This document shows positions 1 through 7,552 of a stretch of 20,891 nt of DNA, piece after piece. A program made the position numbers and the translations under genes. Source of the stretch: Myxococcota bacterium. Its GTDB lineage: Bacteria > Myxococcota > JACRCW01. A model generated the notes under the pieces. It had not been told where the DNA came from. It ran no database searches and saw only the letters and a program-made list of their open reading frames with translations. The stretch is taken from the NCBI GenBank assembly GCA_040752415.1, contig JBFMGU010000188.1, positions 1 through 20,891 on the forward strand, in the 5' to 3' direction. The first letter of the stretch is position 1. Every line of letters starts with the position of its first letter.

Positions 1-19
1 CATCAACGCATGGAGGCAC

Positions 20-598
20 CCGTTGGTGTCACCGGCGGCCAAGGCCGCAGCTGGAAAGCACCAAGCCCTGCCCTCGCAGACCACTTTCACGACGTCATTG
101 TCGGCAGGACTCTACCTTGGTGGCGGTCAGGAGCATGGTTCGGGACAAGCGGCGTGTGGCTGTGGTCCCCGTCGTCAAACCACATGGGTGCAGCTCGTCT
201 GAGAGGACGCTCTTGGCTCCCGCCAATGAGATTGGCAGGCATCAGAAAAGGGTACGTCCTGCTCACCACTGGGCCGGGTTTGTCGTGTCGCAGGACTGAC
301 GTCGGAACAGAGCGCACGGTCCGAGAGGCCAACGGGGGCCCAACCCCAGTCAGTCCTGCGAAACGCGCCTCGCCGCCCAGAAATGAGCAGGACGTACCCG
401 TTTCTGATGACTGCCAATCTCATTGGCGGAGCCAAGAGCGTCGTCCCAATTGAGCCGCACCCAACCCGCATTCCGCAAACAACCTCCCTACCGCCACCAA
501 GGTAGAGCCCTGCCGACGATGACGTCGTGAAAGTGGTCCACGAGGGCAGGGCTTGGTGAATTTCCAGGTGCAGCCTCGGCTGCCGGCGATACCGACGG
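20..598. repeat. ~580-bp nested imperfect inverted repeat (giant hairpin; REPIN/MITE-like)
   Basis: 59-127 is the reverse complement of 490-558 (65/69 identical). 206-265 matches 384-442 (2 mismatches, 1 indel). 288-300 matches 349-361 perfectly. 20-57 matches 561-598 with 7 mismatches, 6 of them transitions. No credible gene overlaps it. Confidence 0.95.
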
Positions 599-1010
599 TC
601 GCCTGATCCGCATCACGTGGGGAAAATTGAGACTGGGGAAGGGGGGCGAGCGAGCGCAGTGGGACAAGCGTGGGGGGTTAGGTGTTCGCCGGCCTCGCCG
701 ACAAGCACAGATGGTCCCACATCGGGAGCCAGCCGCCACGACGTGGCTCCGAGTCCTCCCGTCGAGGAATCGCGCCAGGCCAGCGGGGAGGACGAGGAGT
801 CCAGCGAAGGGTTCTCCTCCTGCGGAGTGCTCCTGGCCTGCCGTCGGAAACACCGGTCGAGCGTCGAGCTGCCCACCCCTCTCAGGTGATGCCCGCACGC
901 ATCAGCCCCATTCCCCGCGCCAACTCCCGGGACGCGCGAGCTCCCTCGAGAAAACGGGAATCCACCACGAGGCACGCAGCTTGCTCCCGCGCATTGCCAC
1001 GGAGGAGCAC

Positions 1011-2327
1011 ATGCGACGTCACGTGCTGGCAACGGCGGTTCTCGGGTGGTTGGTCTCGGGCTGCATGATGGACACGGCGGCGGAGGGCAGCGGGAGCAGC
1101 GGGGGTGGAGCTGGTGGCGGTTCCTCCGACGGGCAGGTGGACCCGGGCACCCTCACCGCGGCGGATTGGGATGACAACGCCAACTTCACCTTCTACCAGC
1201 GCTACGTCGCGCAGTTCCTGGAAGGAAACTCCGCCTGGCCCGCCGCGGCCACCGACCGCGTGACGGTGAACATCGTCGACGAGCGGGGGCGGCCCGTGCC
1301 TTCCGCGCAGGTGACCGTCAGCAACAACACCGGCGCATCCTTCTCGTCGCGCACCAGCGCGCAGGGCCGGGCGCTGTTGTTTCCGTCGCGGGACCTGGGC
1401 GGTGGCGGCTCCTTCGTCGTGAAGGCGGAGCTGCAGGACGGGAGCGTGGCGCCGGTGACCGTGACCATGGCGACGGAGACGGACGCGTGGGACGTGGTGC
1501 TCCCGTCGGCCAGCGTGCAGCGGCCGGGTGCGTTGGACCTGGCGTTCATGGTGGACACCACCGGCAGCATGGGTGACGAGATCGAGTTCCTGGCGCGCGA
1601 GATCCAGGGAATCTCCGACGCCATCCGCGCCCAGCTTCCCGAGGTGAACGTCCGCTACGCGCTGGTGGTCTACCGCGACGGACCCGCGGGCAACGCCGCC
1701 GCCGCCGACAATCCGCTCGCGCGCGTGGTGGGGGAGGTGCTGGGTGGCATGAACGCGCCCATGGCCGAGGAGTATCTCGTGCGCACGTTCGACTTCACCG
1801 ACAGCCTGGACGACTTCAAGTCCAAGGTGGACGCGCAGGAGGCGGGCGGCGGCGGCGACTACCCCGAGGCGGTGGAGGCCGGTCTCGAGGCCATGAACGG
1901 GCTCTCCTGGCGCTCCGGCAACGTGGCGCGCCTGGCGTTCTTCATCGCGGACGCCCCGCCCCACCACGACCGCGCCCAGCGGACCATGGATGAAATCCAG
2001 CGCGCGCGTCTCGCCGGCATCACCGTGTTCCCAGTTGCCGCCAGCGGCTCCAGCGTGCACTCCGAGTACGTCATGCGCGTGGCCGCGCAGGTGACGCAGG
2101 GCCGCTTCATCTTCATCACCGACGACTCCGGCGTGGGCGGTTCCCACGAGGAGCCCAGCATCCCGTGCTACCGGGTGCAGAAGCTGCAGGGCATCATCAT
2201 CCGCAACGTCGTCTCGGAGGTGTCCGGTGCGCGCGTGGAGCCCGGCTCCGAGGACATCCTGCGCGAGGTGGGCAACCCCGTGGAGGGCGTGTGCACGCTG
2301 GAAGACGGGAGCGAGGCGTACCTTTGA
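1011..2327 (+). CDS. VWA-domain lipoprotein with N-terminal carboxypeptidase-regulatory-like (Ig-type) domain
   Basis: GGAGGAG Shine-Dalgarno at 1001-1007 precedes the ATG at 1011, so the ORF-track start at 627 is overextended. Lipobox LVSG-C, Gly/Ser linker, MIDAS-type DLAFMVDTTGSM, GGGDYPEAV and FFIADAPPH motifs. Confidence 0.85.
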   Translation: MRRHVLATAVLGWLVSGCMMDTAAEGSGSSGGGAGGGSSDGQVDPGTLTAADWDDNANFTFYQRYVAQFLEGNSAWPAAATDRVTVNIVDERGRPVPSAQVTVSNNTGASFSSRTSAQGRALLFPSRDLGGGGSFVVKAELQDGSVAPVTVTMATETDAWDVVLPSASVQRPGALDLAFMVDTTGSMGDEIEFLAREIQGISDAIRAQLPEVNVRYALVVYRDGPAGNAAAADNPLARVVGEVLGGMNAPMAEEYLVRTFDFTDSLDDFKSKVDAQEAGGGGDYPEAVEAGLEAMNGLSWRSGNVARLAFFIADAPPHHDRAQRTMDEIQRARLAGITVFPVAASGSSVHSEYVMRVAAQVTQGRFIFITDDSGVGGSHEEPSIPCYRVQKLQGIIIRNVVSEVSGARVEPGSEDILREVGNPVEGVCTLEDGSEAYL

Positions 2328-2340
2328 CCCGGTGACATCA

Positions 2341-3840
2341 TCAGCACGCCGCGCTGGGCAGACCCGTGACGACGGGCGGTTTCCCCGCGGATGGCAGCTC
2401 CACCTGCATCACCGTCCCCTGCGGTGAGGTGCTGGCCACGGACAGGTTCCCGTGTTGGGAGCGCATCAACCCCAGTGAGACCGCCAGGCCCAGACCCGTC
2501 CCACTTCCCTGCGGCTTGGTGGTGAAGAACGGCTCGAAGAGGCGCTCCATGGTCTCCGCGGAGATGCCCGGTCCGTCGTCACGCACCAGGATCACCACAC
2601 GCTCCTGGCAACGCTCCGCGCTCACCTGGATGCGCCCGCGACCGGGCACGCCCTGCACCGCCTGCGCGGCGTTGACCACCAGGTTCACCAGCACCTGCTC
2701 CAGCAGCTCGGGGTCGCCCAGCGCGTGCAGGTCTTCCGGGATCGTCGTCGTCAACGTGGTGCTGCCGGCCAGCGTGGTGCGCGCCAGGCCCACCGCCGCC
2801 TCCACCGACGACGTCACGCGGAAGGCGCGCAGGGTGGTGCGCCGTGTTCCCGCGGTGCGCCCGGCGTCCAGCAGCTGACGCACAATGCGGTTGATGCGCT
2901 GCATGGCGCTCAAGGATTCCTTGATGCACTCCGCCGTGTCGTCGGGAAACGGCTCCCCGGCGTTCAGGTGTTCCTGCAGGTACGCCATGTTGGCCGCCAC
3001 CACCGCGGCGGGGTTGTTGATCTCGTGCGCCACCCCCGCCGAGAGACGGCCAATGGTCGCAAGCTTCTCGGCCTGCAGCAGCGCCTCTCGAGCCCGGGCC
3101 AGCTCTCCGGTCCGTTCCGCCACCGTCCGCTCCAGGTCCTCCGAGAGCGCCTCCAGCCCGCGCGCGGTGTTCACAAAGCGGCTGATCATGGTCCCGCCCG
3201 CCGCCGCCACCACGACGAGGAAGCCGGTGTCCAGCAGGTAGGGCATGGCGATGGCACCGCTGGCGGCAAGTGAGTCGCTCACCGCGGCGAACACCAGGAA
3301 GGAGAGTCCGAGCACGTGGGCGCCCGCGGCGGGGACTCCACGTCGCCACCGCTCCGCGAAACGGAACAGCGGGATGCACAGGCCCAGGCAATACAGCCCG
3401 AAGACCACCGCGCCCGCCGTCGTGGGCATCGCGTCGCGGTAGGTCAGCCCCAGCCAGGTCACCTCACGTCGGGAGATCGTCTCCGAGACCAGCACCCCGG
3501 GCGCCAGGAACAGCAACGCCGTGGTGACCAGGGCCGCGCACAGGACCTTCTCCCACCTCCGCAGCGCGCGTCCCTCCACGGCGGCCATGTAGGGAAGCCA
3601 CGCCATGGTGTGCAGCCCACCGCACGCCATGCCCACGTGGAAGGCCCAGCGCAGCACCACCTCCGGGGCGTCGCTCACCACCGCCACGTTGCACAGCGTA
3701 AGGTTGCCCGCGGCCACGGACACCAGCGCAAACCAACGCATCTCCCGCCAGGCTGGAGCCCGGGCAATACCCAGGCACAGGATGGCGGTCAGCACCCCCG
3801 CGGTCCACGACGTCACCGAGATGGCCTGAGGGAGGTTCAC
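2341..3840 (-). CDS. Membrane-bound sensor histidine kinase (multi-TM input, HisKA, HATPase_c)
   Basis: About 7 hydrophobic N-terminal segments, a coiled coil, H-box AGVAHEINNP, N-box QVLVNLVVNA, G1 DDGPG, F-box FEPFFTTK and G2 GTGLGL. Start uncertain (GTG at 3840, 3849 or 3903). Confidence 0.93.
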   Translation of the reverse strand: MNLPQAISVTSWTAGVLTAILCLGIARAPAWREMRWFALVSVAAGNLTLCNVAVVSDAPEVVLRWAFHVGMACGGLHTMAWLPYMAAVEGRALRRWEKVLCAALVTTALLFLAPGVLVSETISRREVTWLGLTYRDAMPTTAGAVVFGLYCLGLCIPLFRFAERWRRGVPAAGAHVLGLSFLVFAAVSDSLAASGAIAMPYLLDTGFLVVVAAAGGTMISRFVNTARGLEALSEDLERTVAERTGELARAREALLQAEKLATIGRLSAGVAHEINNPAAVVAANMAYLQEHLNAGEPFPDDTAECIKESLSAMQRINRIVRQLLDAGRTAGTRRTTLRAFRVTSSVEAAVGLARTTLAGSTTLTTTIPEDLHALGDPELLEQVLVNLVVNAAQAVQGVPGRGRIQVSAERCQERVVILVRDDGPGISAETMERLFEPFFTTKPQGSGTGLGLAVSLGLMRSQHGNLSVASTSPQGTVMQVELPSAGKPPVVTGLPSAAC

Positions 3841-4137
3841 CGCCGTCACCGTGTTGCAGGAGGGTACGTTCCAGCGCGTCAGGGTTGGGTATGAGTTCGG
3901 CACGTTTCCCGCGAATCCGTAGACACGGGGAAACCAGGGTGGGCCACGTCGCGGAGCCCGGGGGATTTGTGGCGGGGCGGGGCGTTGTCGCGCGGGGAAG
4001 GGTGGTGCGGCGCGTGAGGGGGCGTCCCGCTAACCCAGGGGACCCACTCCGTGAGCGCTGGCGGTGATCCGGATGACGTCCCGGCGCCGCGGCTCGGGTC
4101 GGTTTCTCCCATCCTGCATCCCTGAAAGGGGGCACGC

Positions 4138-5061
4138 ATGCGTCGCGTTGCGCTTCTGTCCGTCCTTGCCACCCTGCTGGCCATTCCCGCGCTGGTGGTT
4201 GCGCGCAATGGCAACGCTCCCGTCGTCAGCGAGGAGGCGGCGCGGACCTACCGGGACATCGAGGCCACGCTGGGCATGGTCCCATCCTTCCTCCGCATGT
4301 TCCCGGAGAACGCGATTGCCGGCGCGTGGGAGCAGATGAAGGCCGTCCAGCTCAATCCCAACAGCGCCATCCCCGCCAAGTACAAGGAGCTCATCGGGCT
4401 GGGCGTGGCCGCGCAGGTGCCGTGCCGCTACTGCGCGTACTTCCACACCGAGGCCGCGCGGCTCAACGGCGCCAGCGACGAGGAAATCAAGGAAGCGGTG
4501 GCGCAGGCGGCCATCACGCGTCACTGGGCCACCTACTTCAACGGCATGAAGACCGACCCCTCCACCTTCCGCAACGACGTGGAGCTGATCTCCCAGAACC
4601 TGCGCGCCCGTCGGGGGGACCGCGCGCCGCCGCGCAACATCGAGGTCACCGACACCGCCAGCGCCTACCGCGACATCGAGCAGAGCTTCGGGTTCCTGCC
4701 CGCGTTCATCAAGGAGTTCCCCAAGGAGGCGCTGCCCGGCGCGTGGAAGGAGCTGAAGGCGGTGGAATTCAACCCGGAGGGCGCCGTGCCGGGACGGTAT
4801 CGCTCGTTGATCTCGCTGGCGGTGGCGGCGCAGGTGCCGTGCAACTACTGCGTGGAGATCGACACCGTCATGGCCACGCGCGTGGAAGGCGCCAGCACGC
4901 GGGAGATCGAGGAGGCGGTGATGATGGCCGCCATCGTCCGGCACTGGAGCACCTATCTCAACGGGCTCCAGGTCGACGAGACGCGCTTCAAGCGGGAGAC
5001 CGACCAGCTCATGAAGATCCTGCGCCAGAAGAAGGCCGCCAAGTCCGCCATGGTGCCGTGA
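4138..5061 (+). CDS. Secreted tandem AhpD/carboxymuconolactone-decarboxylase-family protein
   Basis: Signal-peptide-like N-terminus (MRRVALLSVLATLLAIPALVVA). Two homologous domains, each with YRDIE...LI.L.VAAQVPCxxC...EI.EAV...HW.TY.NG. Purine-rich RBS upstream. Confidence 0.85.
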   Translation: MRRVALLSVLATLLAIPALVVARNGNAPVVSEEAARTYRDIEATLGMVPSFLRMFPENAIAGAWEQMKAVQLNPNSAIPAKYKELIGLGVAAQVPCRYCAYFHTEAARLNGASDEEIKEAVAQAAITRHWATYFNGMKTDPSTFRNDVELISQNLRARRGDRAPPRNIEVTDTASAYRDIEQSFGFLPAFIKEFPKEALPGAWKELKAVEFNPEGAVPGRYRSLISLAVAAQVPCNYCVEIDTVMATRVEGASTREIEEAVMMAAIVRHWSTYLNGLQVDETRFKRETDQLMKILRQKKAAKSAMVP

Positions 5062-5210
5062 CGCGCCCGCGTCCTTGCGCAACCCCGCCGGGCAAGTTCC
5101 TCCCATGATTTGCGCGCGCCCGGAATGTCGTCGGAACCAGGAGCAGGCTGCACCGACCCGTTCCACACGGCCGGCCATGACCGCATGGCGTTCGGAGGCG
5201 CTCCGCGGCT

Positions 5211-5238
5211 TTGCTCAATCCGGTTGACATCCTACAAT
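5211..5238 (+). promoter_or_regulatory. Putative sigma70-type promoter for a leaderless transcript
   Basis: TTGCTC (5211-5216), 16-nt spacer, TACAAT (5233-5238), then 6 nt to the ATG at 5245. No Shine-Dalgarno. Confidence 0.5.
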
Positions 5239-5244
5239 GGCCGG

Positions 5245-6648
5245 ATGTGGCGCGGCGCTGCGGGAACCACGGCGGTGTGTGTGGTGGCCTGTCTGTTCCT
5301 GACGGGTTGTGAGCCCTGCCACGACGACGAGGTGCAGCGGGACGGACGCTGCGTCACCCTCTGCAACAGCAACCTGGAGTGCACCCGCACCGAGCAATGC
5401 GTGGATGGCGCCTGCGCGCCGGCGGAGGAGTCCCCTGGCGGCGTGGACCCGCCGTCCCGTTCCGCCTCGTCCTCCAGCGGCGGCGGTGCGTCCTCCGGCG
5501 TGGGCTCGTCGACGGGGACGGCGGCCTCGTCTTCGTCGTCGACCACCTCCGGCGGCGCGTCGTCGTCGTCCAGCTCGTCCGGCGGTGCATCCGTGTCGTC
5601 CAGCTCGTCCGGCGGCGCGGGGACCTCCACCAGCTCGTCGGGGGGCGGGGATGGCGGCGTGGCGCCGGGTGGAGATGGCGGAAACGTCGACGCGGGATGT
5701 GCCCCGCCGCTCACCTGGTGCCAGGGCACCTGCGTCGACACCAACACCTCCACCGCCTTCTGCGGGAGCTGCGCCACCTCGTGCGGCGACGACCACGCCA
5801 CCCCGGACTGCGTGGCGGGCGCCTGCGTCCCGCAATGCCAGCCGGGCTGGGGCAGCTGCGACACCGACGGGAACAACGGCTGCGAGACACCGCTGGACAC
5901 CACCAGCAACTGCCGCGCGTGCGGCGTGGTCTGCGGTGGAGTGCATGCGCTGGCTACGTGTGGCGCCCAGGGGTGTGAGCTCCAGTGTGAGACCGGCTGG
6001 GATGACTGCGACGGCAACCCCGCCAACGGCTGCGAGACGTACGTGCTGCTGGACGCGCGCCACTGCGGGAGCTGTCCCACCACCTGCAATGCCGACGAGG
6101 CGTGCACGTTGGGCACCTGCGTGCTGAGCGGCTGTGCCGACTCCGGGGGCATGGTGGTGCTCAACCCCACCAGCGACGCGTTCCGCGGTTCCTGGGCGCG
6201 GGAGCCGGCCCTGGGCGCCTGGTGGCCCAAGATCGACGACGACGGAGCGGGAGACGGCGACAACACGTACGTCTGGGATGACACCGTGGGCGCGGTGGGC
6301 TCGGCGTACTTTGGCCACGAGGACTTCGATCTCCCGACGGAGCTGGAGGTCCGCGAGGTGGCAGTGATCATCCAGGCCCGCCGCGTGAATGCCGAGGGCA
6401 ACGTGCGCCCCGCGCTCTTCCTCGACAACAACTTCTTCGGCGCGGAGACCACGCTCACCACCAACTACCAGTTCATCGTGCTGGTGTTTGGCGCGGATCC
6501 CGCCACGGGCGGCGCGTGGACCCCGCAGGCGGTGCAGGAGGCCAAGCTGGCCCTGGGCTCCACGCGCAATACGCAGAACAACCCGGTGCGCGTCACGCAG
6601 CTGTGGGCGGAGGTCTGCATTGCCGCGCCGGACAGTGGTTCCCCCTGA
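5245..6648 (+). CDS. Cysteine-rich surface lipoprotein (Ser/Gly linker, Cys-rich repeats, C-terminal beta-rich domain)
   Basis: Lipobox FLTG-C after the ATG at 5245, a poly-Ser/Gly linker, and repeated C-D-x-x-x-x-N-G-C-E and (H/F)CGSC motifs typical of myxobacterial Cys-rich proteins. Confidence 0.8.
   Translation: MWRGAAGTTAVCVVACLFLTGCEPCHDDEVQRDGRCVTLCNSNLECTRTEQCVDGACAPAEESPGGVDPPSRSASSSSGGGASSGVGSSTGTAASSSSSTTSGGASSSSSSSGGASVSSSSSGGAGTSTSSSGGGDGGVAPGGDGGNVDAGCAPPLTWCQGTCVDTNTSTAFCGSCATSCGDDHATPDCVAGACVPQCQPGWGSCDTDGNNGCETPLDTTSNCRACGVVCGGVHALATCGAQGCELQCETGWDDCDGNPANGCETYVLLDARHCGSCPTTCNADEACTLGTCVLSGCADSGGMVVLNPTSDAFRGSWAREPALGAWWPKIDDDGAGDGDNTYVWDDTVGAVGSAYFGHEDFDLPTELEVREVAVIIQARRVNAEGNVRPALFLDNNFFGAETTLTTNYQFIVLVFGADPATGGAWTPQAVQEAKLALGSTRNTQNNPVRVTQLWAEVCIAAPDSGSP
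5566..5645 (+). repeat. Coding 30-bp-period tandem repeat in the Ser/Gly linker
   Basis: tcgtccagctcgtccggcgg at 5566 and 5596, with a degenerate third copy at 5626. Confidence 0.75.
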
Positions 6649-6988
6649 AGTTGACCGTGACGCCCCGCGAATCTCCACGATGACGACGTAATCCATGTAC
6701 TCCGCGCGCGTGGACGCCAACGCGCAGGGACGTCATCCCGCTCCTCGTCGGATGTGGGAGCGCGTGGGGCACCCGGCGACACCCGCGTCTGCACAAGCGT
6801 CAGCACAACCGGAAACGTGAAGAACCGGGCGGCGCGGAATGTCCTACCCGTCGGTCAGACCAGGCTTTTTCTCCAGATCGTTGCATTTTCCGCGGTGGCA
6901 AGAGCGTTACGTCAGGGTGGGCGCGGAAATCTGGAAGATCCGCGGGTGACCTGACGACGGAAAGACCAGGGTCACGCAGGAGGGGTGG

Positions 6989-7534
6989 GTGAGGGTCATC
7001 CTGGGTGTGGACGGAATACTCACGGACTTCTGGTCCGGCGTGCATCGCTGGCTGTCGTCGGTGGGCGCGCCGGCGCCGCTGCCGCACGAGGTGACCACCA
7101 GCGAGGTGCTGGAGCTGCTCAGCCCCATTGCCCGCGCGGTGTTCGAGGACGCGCTCTCCATGCCGCGCTTCTGGCGGGAGCTGCCCGTCATGCCGGAAGC
7201 GTGCGAGGGCGTGCGAGCACTGCGGGCCCGCGGGTGTGACGTGGCCTTCCTGGTCTCGCCGTGGCCCAGCTGTGAAGCGTACGAGAAGACCCGGCGGGCC
7301 TGGCTGGCGGAGCACTTTGGCGCGCCCTCGCGCGACGTGATGGTGGCGGGGCGCACGGACCTGCTGGCCGGCGACGCCCTCATCCATGACCAGCCGCGCG
7401 AGGTGGTGGCCTGGGCCCGCAGCAACGCCAAGCGCGCACACACCGCGTGCCTGTTCGACGCGCCGTACAACCAGGGCTGGCCGGAGCTCCGTCGGGTGAC
7501 GTGGCCACGGCTCATGGAGTTGGGCCTGGATTGA
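6989..7534 (+). CDS. 5'(3')-deoxyribonucleotidase (NT5C)-like HAD-fold protein, catalytic motifs degenerate
   Basis: GGAGG RBS at 6979-6983 and a GTG start. VILGVDGILTDF (HAD motif I-like), FW.ELP.MPEA.EGV, SPW, WL.EHF, GDALIHD and LFDAPYN follow the NT5C family layout. Confidence 0.75.
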   Translation: MRVILGVDGILTDFWSGVHRWLSSVGAPAPLPHEVTTSEVLELLSPIARAVFEDALSMPRFWRELPVMPEACEGVRALRARGCDVAFLVSPWPSCEAYEKTRRAWLAEHFGAPSRDVMVAGRTDLLAGDALIHDQPREVVAWARSNAKRAHTACLFDAPYNQGWPELRRVTWPRLMELGLD

Positions 7535-7552
7535 CGTGGTGACAACGTCAAA

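Noticed and set aside
20..598. Fold-back assembly or amplification artefact, retron ncRNA, or CRISPR array
   Set aside because: The arms differ by many substitutions and indels, unlike an artefactual perfect fold-back. There is no reverse transcriptase in the window and no direct repeat-spacer periodicity.
10..898. ORFs 10-453 (+) and 488-898 (-) share the peptide PSPALxDHFHDVIVGRxLPWWR
   Set aside because: This is a by-product of the DNA inverted repeat. There is no RBS, GC3 bias or recognisable domain.
627..1010. 128-aa N-terminal extension of the VWA ORF
   Set aside because: Low-complexity Arg/Pro-rich translation. The strong SD and lipoprotein signal start at 1011.
5215..6720. Long antisense ORFs (501 aa and 410 aa) over the Cys-rich lipoprotein
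   Set aside because: Shadow ORFs caused by GC-rich codon bias, with no domain features.
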